From assembly GCA_019912885.1 (NCBI GenBank), contig JAIOHV010000203.1, forward strand, positions 1,885 to 65,884: a stretch of 64,000 nt of DNA, in the 5' to 3' direction. A program made the position numbers and the translations under genes. The stretch's first letter is position 1, and every line of letters starts with the position of its first letter. Source of the DNA: a bacterium (GTDB lineage: Bacteria; Lernaellota; Lernaellaia; JACKCT01). Below the pieces are notes generated by a model. The model was not told the DNA's origin and searched no databases. It saw nothing but the letters and a program-made list of their open reading frames with translations. Below, in pieces: positions 18,133 through 28,404 of this stretch.

Positions 18133-18176
18133 ACGGAACGCGAGCGTGAATTCTTCAATCCTCGATCTTCAATCTA
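18097..18176. repeat. GAGGATY-heptamer palindromic (REP-like) element, copy A, between the convergent acyltransferase and lptG
   Basis: gagatcgaggatcgaaaatcgaagattgaagattgaa / loop / ttcttcaatcctcgatcttcaatcta; the arms are reverse complements; it overlaps the stop of the acyltransferase. Confidence 0.7.
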
Positions 18177-18185
18177 CAATATTGC

Positions 18186-19271
18186 CTACTGCCTGACTTT
18201 CACCAGTCCCACCAATCCCCCAAGTCCGAATATCACGTGGCTGCCCCAGGCGGCGGCGACAGGCGGCAGGGCGCCGGATTTGCCGAGCGCAAGGCCAAGG
18301 CCGAGCACGATCCAGTAAACGACGCCGATGACGACGGCGATGCCGACTCCAAGCGCGATGCCGCCGGAACGGCCGATCCGCACGGCGAACGGCACGCTGA
18401 GCATCGCCATGATGACGGGCACGAGCGGAAACGCGAGCTTGCCCTGCATGTCCACGCGATAGGACGTGGTGTCGTAACCCTTTTCCTCCAACTCGCCGAC
18501 AAGCGCGGCCAGTTCGCGGTAGCTCATCGTCTCGGGGTCTTTCTGATAGATCTTCATCTCCTCGGGCGTTTCGTCGAGATCGATCGCAAGCGTCTCGAAC
18601 GGGGTGGACGACGCGATGCGGCCTTCCGCGAATCGCCACGCAACACCGGACACCAGCTCCCAGTGATCGCCCGCGTAGCGCGCCGTTTCGGCGATCGCGC
18701 GCTCGGCCAGGTGAAAATTTTCGTCGAAGCGATACAGGCGCACGTCGCTGATCTTGCCCTGTTCCGGGACAAACAGGCCGAACGAATAGATGGTCTCCCC
18801 GCTTTTGTAATAGACGTTCTGCTTGCGGTATTTGACGCGCCAGACCTGTTTTTTGATTTGCACCTTGTAGATGTATTCGCGCGTCTCGTTCGCGCGCGGC
18901 ACGACGTATTCGTTGATCAGGAACGCGCCGCCGGAAATCAACGCGGACAGTGCGAGAATCGGCGCGCAGGCGCGCAGGATCGGCACGCCGCCGGCCTTGA
19001 TCGCGGTGATCTCGCTGCCGCGCGCAAGGCCGATGAGCGAAAGCAGCGCGCCGAGCAGGCACGCCACGGGCACGATCTGAAAAAGAATCAGCGGCATCTT
19101 GTAGAGGAAATAGAGAGCCACCGCCGTAAGGGGGGGATCGCTCTTGAAAATCTGGCTCGACCGCTCGATGAAATCGACGACGATGTAGATGACGACAAAA
19201 CCCGAAAGGCAAAGCGCGAACATGCGCGCGAATTGCGCGCCGATGTAGCGATCGAGCACGCGAAGGCGCAT
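18186..19271 (-). CDS. lptG: LPS export ABC transporter permease LptG (YjgP/YjgQ family)
   Basis: ATG (MRLRVLDRYIGAQFARMF) overlaps the lptF stop (TGATG); 6 TM plus a periplasmic beta-jellyroll. Confidence 0.8.
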   Translation of the reverse strand: MRLRVLDRYIGAQFARMFALCLSGFVVIYIVVDFIERSSQIFKSDPPLTAVALYFLYKMPLILFQIVPVACLLGALLSLIGLARGSEITAIKAGGVPILRACAPILALSALISGGAFLINEYVVPRANETREYIYKVQIKKQVWRVKYRKQNVYYKSGETIYSFGLFVPEQGKISDVRLYRFDENFHLAERAIAETARYAGDHWELVSGVAWRFAEGRIASSTPFETLAIDLDETPEEMKIYQKDPETMSYRELAALVGELEEKGYDTTSYRVDMQGKLAFPLVPVIMAMLSVPFAVRIGRSGGIALGVGIAVVIGVVYWIVLGLGLALGKSGALPPVAAAWGSHVIFGLGGLVGLVKVRQ

Positions 19272-20476
19272 CAGCGCTCCGGCCGCGTGCCGGCCCGGCG
19301 GCGAAACAGACCGCGCACCCGCGCGGCGGCGCGCACGATGGCGGCCAGGAACCACACCTCGCGATCCTCGCTTTTTCGCCAGAGCAGATAAAAACCGATC
19401 GCGGCAAACAGCGCGTTCGGCGCCCACATCGCGACAAACGGATGCACCACGGCTTTCCATCCGAGATTCTCGCCGACGCGGAACATGAGGTAGTAGAGGC
19501 AAAGCGCGACGATGGCGAACGTGAACCCCTGCCCGCGGCCCGAGCGGGGCGGCACGACGCCAAGCGGCATGCCGATAAGCCCGAACACGACGCACGCGAA
19601 CGGAAACGCGAACCGGCGGTGATACTCCACCCAGGCGCGGCGCATTTCGCGCTCGTCCTCGCCTTCTTGACGAAGCCGGGCGACGTGCTCTTTCAGGTCG
19701 CCGACCGACATTTCGAGATACGACCGCTCGGGCGCGTCGGCGGAAAACGATCGCGACACGTCGATCGCGACATCGTACTTCGAGAAGGTCGCCTGCTCGT
19801 AGGCGCGTGGATCCTTCATCGTGCGATGGACCGCGCCGTCCGTCAGGCGGATGACGAGCGTCGCCTCCTTGTCCTCGGCCGCGGCGACGCGCCCCTTGCG
19901 CGCAACGATGATGTTCGGCGCTTCCGGGATGCGTTCGTCGAAGATGAAGATGCCGTCGAGTTCGTTCTTCTTTTTGTCCACCTCCTCGACGTAGATGACG
20001 AAATCCTCGAACCGATCCTGAAACACGCCCGCGGCAATGCCGAGCGTCGCGTGCTTGCGGCCGGTTTCGATCAGCATCTCGCGGAATCGTTCCTTCCCCC
20101 AGGATTCGGCCTTCAGCGTCATGACGGCCGTCGCCGCGCCGACCGCGAGCGACAGCGCGAGAATGGGCGGATAGATGCGCGTCAGGCTCACGCCCGCGGC
20201 CTTGAGGGCCACGAGTTCGGAGTCGGACGACATTCGCCCGACCGCCAGGATCACGGCGAGGAGGTACGCCATCGGCAACGTAAAGACGAAAAACGGAGGC
20301 AGGATGTAAACAAGGACAAGGAACACGTCGGTCACGGCGATGCCGTATTGCACGACCATCTCCGTGATCTTCAGGATCTGGAACATGAGAAGGACGAAGG
20401 TGAAAATCACGACGCCGAGGATAAACGGAACGAGCACCTCGCGCCCGACGTAACGATGCACGATCCTAAGCGACAT
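19271..20476 (-). CDS. lptF: LPS export ABC transporter permease LptF (YjgP/YjgQ family)
   Basis: MSLRIVHRYVGREVLVPFILGVVIF; paired with lptG. Confidence 0.8.
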   Translation of the reverse strand: MSLRIVHRYVGREVLVPFILGVVIFTFVLLMFQILKITEMVVQYGIAVTDVFLVLVYILPPFFVFTLPMAYLLAVILAVGRMSSDSELVALKAAGVSLTRIYPPILALSLAVGAATAVMTLKAESWGKERFREMLIETGRKHATLGIAAGVFQDRFEDFVIYVEEVDKKKNELDGIFIFDERIPEAPNIIVARKGRVAAAEDKEATLVIRLTDGAVHRTMKDPRAYEQATFSKYDVAIDVSRSFSADAPERSYLEMSVGDLKEHVARLRQEGEDEREMRRAWVEYHRRFAFPFACVVFGLIGMPLGVVPPRSGRGQGFTFAIVALCLYYLMFRVGENLGWKAVVHPFVAMWAPNALFAAIGFYLLWRKSEDREVWFLAAIVRAAARVRGLFRRRAGTRPER

Positions 20477-20593
20477 GGCGCGCGAGTCTAGGCGCTTTTC
20501 CCGTACGCGGAAAGAAAGCGCGGGCCGCGCGCCGGATCAATTGCCCGCGGCGCGAGGCGCGGCGATAATGGCGCGCCACTTCCCCGGGATTTC

Positions 20594-21604
20594 ATGAGCC
20601 GTCCGTCGTTTTTTCACCGCATTTGGCGCAACCGCCGAAACCTGTTGATTCTCGCCGGGTGCGTCGTTTTTCTGGAGATCGTGTTGCGTTTCGTCTTTCC
20701 CGTTCAGGACGAGACGTATTTCTATCGCCGTCCCGGCGACGACAATTACGTCGAGGACCGCGAACTGTTCTGGGTGCCCGGAGATCGTTATGCGTCGCAA
20801 TGGAGCGTTGTCGACGCGACGCCCGCCGCGAATCTGATCTACACGTTCGGCGGGTCGATCGCCACGGAATGCTGCGGGGCCACCACGAATTTCAGCCGGA
20901 TCGTCGACGAAAAGCTGCCGGACTTTCGCGTGGCGAATATGGCCACCGCGGGATTTACGTCGTTTCAGTCGCGCCGCCTGCTTGAACGCGCGTTCAAACG
21001 CAAGCCGGCGCGCGTCACGTTGTTTTGCCACGCGTTCAACGACATGGGGCCCGCCTACCATACCGACAAGGAAATGTGGATTCGCAATCAGCGGTTCTCG
21101 ACAAAGGCCCAGTGGTTTCTCATGCGTTTGAAAACCCTGGCGTTGCTGCGTCGCGGGATTCGCGCCGCGCGCGGGTTTGATCCCTACGCCGGCGATCCGC
21201 GGCCGGCGCGCGTGACGCCCGCGGAATATTGGGAAAACCTCGCCGGCGCCGCCAAACACGCCACACGGTTCGGCGGACGGGTCGTCTTTGTCACGCAGGG
21301 GTACGCGGACGCCTATTCCAATCGCGCCGCCGAGCCTTATTTCAAGGAAATGCGGCGGATCGCCGAGGCGATGGATCGCGTGGAATTCATGGACGTGCGC
21401 CCGGTGATCGAGGCGCGGATCGTGGAGAAATTCGGCGCGGTGCCCGAGCTTTACGATTTCAATCGGCTGGCCGTGCACACCGACTATTGCCACCTCACCG
21501 ACGAAGGCCACGCTCTCGTTGCCGACTTGATCGTCTCGTTCTTGCGCGCCAAGGGCTACGCGCGGCCGGCGACGCCGACGAATTCCTCGCCCGGAGCTTC
21601 GTGA
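20594..21604 (+). CDS. Membrane-anchored SGNH/GDSL-type hydrolase (paralog 1)
   Basis: N-terminal TM; block I TFGGSIATECCGA; C-terminal D-x-x-H (CHLTDEGHALV). Confidence 0.55.
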   Translation: MSRPSFFHRIWRNRRNLLILAGCVVFLEIVLRFVFPVQDETYFYRRPGDDNYVEDRELFWVPGDRYASQWSVVDATPAANLIYTFGGSIATECCGATTNFSRIVDEKLPDFRVANMATAGFTSFQSRRLLERAFKRKPARVTLFCHAFNDMGPAYHTDKEMWIRNQRFSTKAQWFLMRLKTLALLRRGIRAARGFDPYAGDPRPARVTPAEYWENLAGAAKHATRFGGRVVFVTQGYADAYSNRAAEPYFKEMRRIAEAMDRVEFMDVRPVIEARIVEKFGAVPELYDFNRLAVHTDYCHLTDEGHALVADLIVSFLRAKGYARPATPTNSSPGAS

Positions 21605-22623
21605 TCGGCGCCTCGCTCGAAACGCCCACGGCCCGCCGGCGACGCGGATGGCTCATCCTCGCCGGAGTCGTGTTCATGCTGGAGTTTGCGTTGCGCGTGA
21701 TTTTTCAGGGAGCCGATGACACCTATTTCTATCGAGAGCGCGGCGACTCGGGATACCGGGAGGATCGTGAATTGTTTTGGGTGCCTCGAGACCGGTACGC
21801 GTCCCAATGGCGCGTCGCCGATCAAACACCGGCGGATTCCCTGATTTACACGTTCGGAGGATCGATCGTCACCGACTGCTGCGGGGCCACGACGAACTTC
21901 AGCCGCATGGTCGACGAACGGCTCCCCGGGTGGTCGGTGGTCAACTTCGGTACCGTCGGTTTCACGTCATTCCAGTCCGCTCATTTGCTGGACCGCGCGT
22001 TTACCCGCAAACCCGCGCGCCTCGTGTTTTTCTGCCACGGATTCAACGACATCGGGCGCGGATTCGCCGCCGACCGGCGGATGTATGCTCGCAATCAGCG
22101 GCATGCGACGTGGTTTCAGTGGCTGCTGATGCGTTCGAAGATCCTCGCGACCTTTCGGCGTGGCCTGCGTGCCGCGAGCGGATTCGATCCGCACGCGGAC
22201 AATTCGTCGCGACCGTCACGCGTATCCCTCGAAGACTTTTTGGAAAATCTGACCCACGCGGCCACGCGGGTCGCCCAGTCCGGCGGGCAAATCGTGTTCA
22301 TCACGCAAGCATTTCCCGACGCCCATCGGAATCGAGAGGTGGCCCCGTATTTCGCGGCCATGAAAACCGTCGCCGCGAGCGTCGATGGAGCGATGGTGCT
22401 TGATGTTCGCCCGTCCATCACCGCAAGGATCGAGGAGGCCTTCGGCGACGTACCGGAGTCTCTCACCCCGGGCCGACTGCACATGCACACCGACCTTTGC
22501 CACCTCACCGACGAAGGCCACGCTCTCGTTGCCGACTTGATCGTTTCATTCCTGCGCGCCAAGGGCCTCGCGCGGCCCGCGGCATCAGCGCCGCGAACAG
22601 GGACGCCCGAACCGCGACCCTAA
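21601..22623 (+). CDS. Membrane-anchored SGNH/GDSL-type hydrolase (paralog 2, tandem duplicate)
   Basis: GTG overlaps the paralog 1 stop; same motifs (TFGGSIVTDCCGA; CHLTDEGHALV); a near-identical ~65-nt 3-prime block is shared with paralog 1. Confidence 0.55.
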   Translation: MIGASLETPTARRRRGWLILAGVVFMLEFALRVIFQGADDTYFYRERGDSGYREDRELFWVPRDRYASQWRVADQTPADSLIYTFGGSIVTDCCGATTNFSRMVDERLPGWSVVNFGTVGFTSFQSAHLLDRAFTRKPARLVFFCHGFNDIGRGFAADRRMYARNQRHATWFQWLLMRSKILATFRRGLRAASGFDPHADNSSRPSRVSLEDFLENLTHAATRVAQSGGQIVFITQAFPDAHRNREVAPYFAAMKTVAASVDGAMVLDVRPSITARIEEAFGDVPESLTPGRLHMHTDLCHLTDEGHALVADLIVSFLRAKGLARPAASAPRTGTPEPRP

Positions 22624-22659
22624 GGAACGGGGTAGCCCCGCGCCGACACGATCCGCGTC

Positions 22660-23484
22660 TCATTCGCCAAGATCCACCGCATCGAGTTCCCGCGCGATGT
22701 CGATATCGCCCGTGTAGACCTTCCGCGCTCTGGCCAGAAACTCGTCTGGGTCCGCGGCGGGCGCCAGGTGCGTCAGGCGCACGCGTTTCGCATTCGCGGC
22801 AGCGGCCGCCTCGCCCGCCTGCTCGGGCGTCAGGTGCATGGGATACGCGCCGGTCGTACCGGCTTCGCAAATGAACAGATCCGCGTCGCGCGCCAGCTCG
22901 ATGAGCGCGTCGCACGGCCCGGTGTCGGCGGAAAAGGCGATCACGGCGCCGCCCGACTCGATGCGGTAGCCGAAAGTCGGATCGCGATGCGAAACCGCGT
23001 GCGGCGTGACGCGGCATCCCGCGATATCCACCGCCAAATTCGGCGCAAGTTCCCGGATGTCGAGCGCCGGAATCTCATCGAGAAGATCGGGATCGCCGAA
23101 CTTCGGGAGCAGCGCGACAAGCCCGGCGATTCCCGGCGGCCCCGCGATCGTCATCGGCGCCGTTCTCATTTTCGTGACGCGCAGAGCGAAGAAAAACGGC
23201 AGCAGACCGGCGACGTGGTCGGGGTGCGTGTGCGTGACGAGGATCGCGTCCACGCGCTCGATCGGCACGTTCGCCCCGACAAGCCGCCGAACCGCGCCTT
23301 CGCCGCAATCGACCAGCAACGCGCCGCCCGCGGACTCGACGAGCGTCGCCGGCCCCGCCTTGTCCGCCTCGGGAAACCAGGAGCCGACGCCAAGGAACGT
23401 GACGCGCAATCGGAGCGAATCGCCCTGGCTTTCGCTTCGTCGTTCGTCGTGCAAATTCTCCCGCATATCGACACCCGATTGCAT
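22660..23484 (-). CDS. MBL-fold metallo-hydrolase (RNase Z/beta-lactamase-like)
   Basis: This is the C-terminal 274 aa of an 899-aa GC-artefact ORF; LVDCGEG, HTHPDH and downstream His/Asp motifs; start at ATG 23484 (MQSGVD). Confidence 0.7.
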   Translation of the reverse strand: MQSGVDMRENLHDERRSESQGDSLRLRVTFLGVGSWFPEADKAGPATLVESAGGALLVDCGEGAVRRLVGANVPIERVDAILVTHTHPDHVAGLLPFFFALRVTKMRTAPMTIAGPPGIAGLVALLPKFGDPDLLDEIPALDIRELAPNLAVDIAGCRVTPHAVSHRDPTFGYRIESGGAVIAFSADTGPCDALIELARDADLFICEAGTTGAYPMHLTPEQAGEAAAAANAKRVRLTHLAPAADPDEFLARARKVYTGDIDIARELDAVDLGE

Positions 23485-23814
23485 AAAGCCGTCATTCGCC
23501 GGTCCCGCCGCCGTGTACGCAATAATACATCCAGAATCTTCGCCGTCATGACTCCAAAAGCGGAGAATTGCAGCCCCATAGCGATCGGAGACGCGAAAAC
23601 GGCCGCGTTCACCTTTTTTGGGGGCATTCCTGTCGGCGCGAATCGCGACAAGAAGCGCGGCGGGACGGCAAACGCGGATCGATTGCACCCGAAGCGCCGA
23701 AAAGCGCCGATTCGCGGGGTTTTTTTCGTTGACACCCGCATTTGCGTGATTAGGTTTACGGCAGCCTGAACGGGCTGGGGATGAAATGACGATTGCAGGA
23801 TAGGAGAATCCCAC

Positions 23815-25719
23815 ATGGGAAAAATCATTGGAATTGATCTTGGCACGACGAACTCCGTCGTCGCCGTCATGGAAGGCAACGAGCCGCGCGTCATCACGAA
23901 CGCGGAGGGAGGGCGCGTCACGCCGTCCGTCGTGGCGTTCACGAAAGACGGGGAGCGGCTTGTGGGGCAGCTCGCCAAGCGCCAGGCCGTCAGCAACCCG
24001 GAGCGCACGGTTTATTCGATCAAGCGCTTCATGGGCCGCCGGTACGACGAAGTGAACGAGGAGGCCCGCATGGTCTCCTACAAGGTCATCCGCACGGAAA
24101 ACGGCGATGCCCGCGTGCAGGTCGGCGACAAGCAGTATTCGCCGCCCGAAATCTCCGCGATGATCCTGCAAAAGCTCAAGAGCGCGGCGGAGGACTATCT
24201 CGGCCAGACGGTGAACGAGGCGGTCATCACCGTGCCGGCGTATTTCAACGACGCGCAGCGACAGGCGACCAAGGACGCCGGCAAGATCGCCGGGCTCGAC
24301 GTCAAGCGCATCATCAACGAGCCCACGGCGGCGGCGCTCGCCTACGGCATGGACAAGAAGAAAGACCAGACCATCGCCGTGTACGACTTCGGCGGCGGCA
24401 CGTTCGACGTGTCGATCCTGGAGGTCGGCGAGAATGTCGTGGAGGTCAAGTCGACCAACGGCGACACGCACCTTGGCGGCGATAACCTCGACCATCGCGT
24501 CGTGGACTGGATCATTCAGGAGTTCAAGAAAGACCAGGGCATCGACCTGTCCAGGGACGCGATGGCGCACCAACGCCTGCGCGAGGCGGCGGAAAAAGCG
24601 AAGATCGAGCTTTCCTCCACCATGGAGACGCAGATCAACCTGCCGTTCGTCACCGCCGACGCGACGGGGCCCAAACATCTGGACCTCAAGCTGACGCGCA
24701 GCAAATTCGAGCAGCTTGTCGGCGACCTGCTCGAAAAGACGCTCGAGCCGTGCCGCAAGGCGCTGCGCGACGCGAAGATGTCGCCGTCGGACATCCACGA
24801 GGTGATCCTCGTCGGCGGCTCGACGCGCATCCCCAAGGTTCAGGAGTACGTCAAGGAACTGTTCGCGCGCGAGCCGCACAAGGGCGTGAACCCGGACGAG
24901 GTCGTCGCGGTGGGCGCGGCGGTGCAGGGCGGCGTGCTCGCGGGAGACGTGAAGGACGTGCTTCTGCTTGACGTGACGCCGCTTTCGCTCGGCATCGAAA
25001 CGCTCGGCGGGGTCATGACGCGGCTCATCGAACGCAACACGACGATCCCGACGCGCAAGAGCGAGATCTTCTCGACCGCGGCCGACAGCCAGACGAGCGT
25101 GGAGATTCACGTATTGCAGGGCGAGCGCGAAATGGCGCGGGACAACCGAACGCTCGGCAAATTCCACCTGGTCGGCATTCCGCCGGCGCCGCGCGGCGTT
25201 CCGCAGGTTGAGGTGACGTTCGACATCGACGCCAACGGGATCGTTTCCGTGTCGGCCAGGGACAAGGCGACCGGCAAGGAGCAAAAGATCACCATCACGG
25301 CGAGCTCGGGACTGTCCGACGACGACGTGAAGAATATGGTGAAAGACGCCGAGGAACACGCCGACGAGGACAAGAAGCGGCGCGAGGAAATCGAGTTGCG
25401 CAACAAGGCCGATTCGCAGGCCTACGCGATCGAGAAGATGCTGAAGGAAAACGAGTCCGCGATCGACGCGCCCGAACGCGAATCAATCACGGCGGCCATC
25501 GCCGACGTGCGCGGCGCGCTCGAGGGCGATGATGTCGAGGCGATCCGCGCCAAACTCGGCGCGCTCGAGGCCGCGAGCCACAGGCTTGCGGAGGCCATGT
25601 ACAAGAAGGCAAGTCAGGAGCAGCAGCCGGGCGCGGAGCCGGGCGCGGGCGGCGGCGCCAAGGCCGGCGCGGGTCACGGCGACGACGTCATCGACGCGGA
25701 GATCGTTGACGAGAATTGA
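23815..25719 (+). CDS. dnaK: Molecular chaperone DnaK (Hsp70)
   Basis: [40 protein letters not shown]; AGGAGA RBS. Confidence 0.95.
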   Translation: MGKIIGIDLGTTNSVVAVMEGNEPRVITNAEGGRVTPSVVAFTKDGERLVGQLAKRQAVSNPERTVYSIKRFMGRRYDEVNEEARMVSYKVIRTENGDARVQVGDKQYSPPEISAMILQKLKSAAEDYLGQTVNEAVITVPAYFNDAQRQATKDAGKIAGLDVKRIINEPTAAALAYGMDKKKDQTIAVYDFGGGTFDVSILEVGENVVEVKSTNGDTHLGGDNLDHRVVDWIIQEFKKDQGIDLSRDAMAHQRLREAAEKAKIELSSTMETQINLPFVTADATGPKHLDLKLTRSKFEQLVGDLLEKTLEPCRKALRDAKMSPSDIHEVILVGGSTRIPKVQEYVKELFAREPHKGVNPDEVVAVGAAVQGGVLAGDVKDVLLLDVTPLSLGIETLGGVMTRLIERNTTIPTRKSEIFSTAADSQTSVEIHVLQGEREMARDNRTLGKFHLVGIPPAPRGVPQVEVTFDIDANGIVSVSARDKATGKEQKITITASSGLSDDDVKNMVKDAEEHADEDKKRREEIELRNKADSQAYAIEKMLKENESAIDAPERESITAAIADVRGALEGDDVEAIRAKLGALEAASHRLAEAMYKKASQEQQPGAEPGAGGGAKAGAGHGDDVIDAEIVDEN

Positions 25720-25777
25720 CGCATTGCCGATAACGGGCGAGCGGCGGCCGAACATCGGTCAACGCAAGGAGGACGCC

Positions 25778-26191
25778 ATGACGCGGGAATCGCAGGATCT
25801 GGTCGGGCTCACCAAGGAGCTTCAGCAAAAGATCCGCGCCCGTGTGACCGCCGCGGCGGGTATCGCCGCCGGCGCCGGAGGCGCGGACGAACCCGCGTGC
25901 GATGTCGTCGAGACGCCCGACGCGTATATCCTTGCCATCGAGTTTCCGGGCATCGATCCCGATAGCGTCGAGATCGACGTGAAGGATCGGACCGTGCGCG
26001 TCACGGCGACATCCAGGCCGGATGGGGTGAATCGCGAAACGCGGCAGGCGATCCGCGTCGATCGTGGCGCCGACAAGTGGGTACGTTCGGTGGAATTGCC
26101 GCAACAAGTCGAAGCCGGGACGGGTAAGCGTTCGTACGACAACGGCGTTTTACGCGTCACGTTGTCCAAGTCGGCGTCCGGCGGGCGCTGA
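25778..26191 (+). CDS. Small heat-shock protein, Hsp20/alpha-crystallin family
   Basis: AAGGAGG RBS; alpha-crystallin domain (AYILAIEFPGIDPDSVEIDVKDRTVRVTA...YDNGVLRVTLSK). Confidence 0.8.
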   Translation: MTRESQDLVGLTKELQQKIRARVTAAAGIAAGAGGADEPACDVVETPDAYILAIEFPGIDPDSVEIDVKDRTVRVTATSRPDGVNRETRQAIRVDRGADKWVRSVELPQQVEAGTGKRSYDNGVLRVTLSKSASGGR

Positions 26192-26229
26192 GCGAAAATT
26201 TCGCGCCCGGCCGCGAGCCGGAACGGGTC

Positions 26230-26260
26230 CGCGCCGGGGGTCGGCGCGGGCCATTTTGCT
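26230..26260 (+). terminator. GC-rich hairpin plus U-tract between hsp20 and the J-protein gene (attenuator or terminator)
   Basis: cgcgccg-ggggt-cggcgcg followed by ggccattttgcttg. Confidence 0.35.
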
Positions 26261-26287
26261 TGTGGGCCCATTGAGTTTGTGAACGAA

Positions 26288-27220
26288 ATGGAAACCGGAA
26301 AACGCGATTATTACGAAGTTCTCGGCGTGCCGCGCGGCGCGTCGGACAAGGACATCAAGACCGCGTATCGCAAGCTCGCGCGCGCGTGCCATCCGGATTT
26401 TCATCCAAACGACCAAAACGCGGAGCGCAAGTTCAAGGAGTTGAACGAGGCGTACGCGGTGCTGTCGAACGACGAGGCGCGGAAAAAATACGACCAATGG
26501 GGACACGCCGGCGGGCCGTCGGCAAACGGGCAGGGGTTCGATTTCTCGAATTTCGATTTCTCGCACGGCGCGGGATCGTTTTCGGGCTTCGGCCAGACCT
26601 ATCAGTCCTCGGGTTTCGACGACATCATCAACGAGCTCTTCGGCGGCATGCGTGGACGCGGCGCAAAACGAACGGGTTTTGGGGCGGGGCGTCAGGCGCG
26701 CGGGCGCGATATCGAGTCGGAACTGGCGATCGAATTCAGCGATGCCATCCACGGCGCGAAAAAAACCGTGAATCTCGAATGGCCCGACGGCGCGCGGACG
26801 ATCAGCTTCAACGTTCCGGCGGGCGTCACGGACGGAACGCGCATCCGTGTGCCCGGCAAGGGGCTGGCCGGCACGGGCGGCGCGGGCGATCTGTATGTCC
26901 GCCTGCGGGTAAAGCCGGACCCGCGATTTTCGCGCGACGGCGACCACCTCCGCACGAGCGTGGGGATCAGCATCGCCGAGGCGGTGTGCGGCGCGAAGAT
27001 ACCGGTGCCGACGCCCGAGGGGCCGACAACCATTTCCATCCCGCCCGGAACGCAGGGCGGGCAGGTGTTTCGCGTCGCCGGCAAGGGCGTGCGACGCAAA
27101 TCCGGGCCCGCGGGCGACCTTTTGGTGACGATCAAGATCGTCGTCCCCAGGGACGTCGGCGAGGCGGGCCGCGAGTTGATTCGACGGTTTGACGGAGAGC
27201 ATCCCGTTCGCGCGCGATAG
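26288..27220 (+). CDS. J-domain cochaperone (DnaJ class II/CbpA-like; no zinc-finger CxxCxGxG repeats)
   Basis: J-domain DYYEVLGVPRGASDKDIKTAYRKLARACHPDF (HPD); G/F-rich region; C-terminal substrate-binding domains; no Cys repeats. Confidence 0.8.
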   Translation: METGKRDYYEVLGVPRGASDKDIKTAYRKLARACHPDFHPNDQNAERKFKELNEAYAVLSNDEARKKYDQWGHAGGPSANGQGFDFSNFDFSHGAGSFSGFGQTYQSSGFDDIINELFGGMRGRGAKRTGFGAGRQARGRDIESELAIEFSDAIHGAKKTVNLEWPDGARTISFNVPAGVTDGTRIRVPGKGLAGTGGAGDLYVRLRVKPDPRFSRDGDHLRTSVGISIAEAVCGAKIPVPTPEGPTTISIPPGTQGGQVFRVAGKGVRRKSGPAGDLLVTIKIVVPRDVGEAGRELIRRFDGEHPVRAR

Positions 27221-27246
27221 CGCGGCGGCCAGGAGGAAAGCGTTTC

Positions 27247-27837
27247 ATGAGTGTGTACGACGAAAGCGGGAATACCCGCGATGAGCATCCGGTTGACGTC
27301 GGTCCGTCCGACGCGCCGTCGGAGGAAGAACAGGTGGCCGCGATCGAGAAGGAAGGCCTCGAGGGCGAATCGACCGATGACGCCGCCGCATTGAAGTCGA
27401 GGGAGCAGGAGTTGCTTGACCATCTTCAGCGCCTGATGGCGGAATTCGACAACTACAAAAAGAAAAACGCGCGCGAATATGAACGTGGCGTCGCTCGCGG
27501 TGTCGAAAAGGTCGTTTTGGCCTTGTTGCCGGCCTGGGATAGCCTGCGTCTTGCGTCGGAGGCCGCCCGCACGGCGACAGATGCCGAAGCGATCGGGAAG
27601 GGTGTCGAGGCGGTGACGCGACAAATGCAGACGGCGTTGGAGTCGATCGGCGTCGCGGAGATCTGTCCCGAACGCGGCGACAGGCTCGATCCGGCGCTGC
27701 ACGACGTGATGCTCGCCCAGCCGACCGACGATTTCGAACCGGATGCCGTCATCGAGACGTTTCAATCCGGTTTTCGCCTTGCGGATCAGGTGATCCGTCC
27801 GGCGAAGGTCAAGGTCGCGCGCGCAACCGACGCCTGA
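27247..27837 (+). CDS. grpE: Nucleotide exchange factor GrpE
   Basis: LLDHLQRLMAEFDNYKKKNARE; C-terminal GFRLADQVIRPAKVKV. Confidence 0.9.
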   Translation: MSVYDESGNTRDEHPVDVGPSDAPSEEEQVAAIEKEGLEGESTDDAAALKSREQELLDHLQRLMAEFDNYKKKNAREYERGVARGVEKVVLALLPAWDSLRLASEAARTATDAEAIGKGVEAVTRQMQTALESIGVAEICPERGDRLDPALHDVMLAQPTDDFEPDAVIETFQSGFRLADQVIRPAKVKVARATDA

Positions 27838-27856
27838 AACCCCAGGAGGCCATCCG

Positions 27857-28360
27857 ATGTCCGACCCGAAGGAAAAAGACGAATTGAAGGTCACGGACAA
27901 GCGCCGATTCACGCAACAAGGTGAACCGGTGGCGTCCCCGGCACGCGAGGAAAAACCGAAACCGGCCGCGCCGACCGAGCCGCCCAAAGGCAAGGACATG
28001 CCGGCGGGGACCGGCACGCGTCCGGAACCCTATGAGGGCGCGGGCGAGGCCGAGGCGCGTCACGCTTACGCGCAACATTCGCCGGGCCATGCCCAGGCGA
28101 GCGGGCAGCCGATCAACTTCGACACGCTCGTCTTTTCGCTCGCGAGCCAGGCGATGATCTTCCTGGGCGACGTTGCGGACGACGAGGGCAAGCGCCACAC
28201 GGACCCCGCGCTCGCGCGCCAGATGATCGACCTGCTTGGCATCCTCCGCGAAAAAACGCGCGGCAACCTGTCGCCGGACGAGGATCGGTTTCTCGGGGAC
28301 ACGCTGCGCGACCTTCGCCTTCATTTCGTCGCCGTGACCGGCGCGAAGGGGCAAACGTGA
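27857..28360 (+). CDS. DUF1844-family protein embedded in the heat-shock operon
   Basis: 167 aa; Lys/Pro-rich N-terminus, then INFDTLVFSLASQAMIFLGDVADDEG, characteristic of DUF1844. Confidence 0.55.
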   Translation: MSDPKEKDELKVTDKRRFTQQGEPVASPAREEKPKPAAPTEPPKGKDMPAGTGTRPEPYEGAGEAEARHAYAQHSPGHAQASGQPINFDTLVFSLASQAMIFLGDVADDEGKRHTDPALARQMIDLLGILREKTRGNLSPDEDRFLGDTLRDLRLHFVAVTGAKGQT

Positions 28361-28404
28361 CCCCGCAAAACGAAAAAGCCATGACAAATGCCGAGGAGAA
28401 AAGA

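Noticed and set aside
23485-23814. Searched for HrcA CIRCE (TTAGCACTC-N9-GAGTGCTAA) and a sigma32 promoter upstream of dnaK
   Set aside because: No convincing match. Only a TTGACA hexamer with a poor -10, and a CCCCATAG sequence too far (~250 nt) upstream. No call made.
22660-25359. 899-aa minus-strand ORF spanning dnaK antisense
   Set aside because: Only its last 274 aa (MBL-fold hydrolase) look genuine; the rest is antisense to the unmistakable dnaK. The hydrolase is therefore truncated to 22660-23484.
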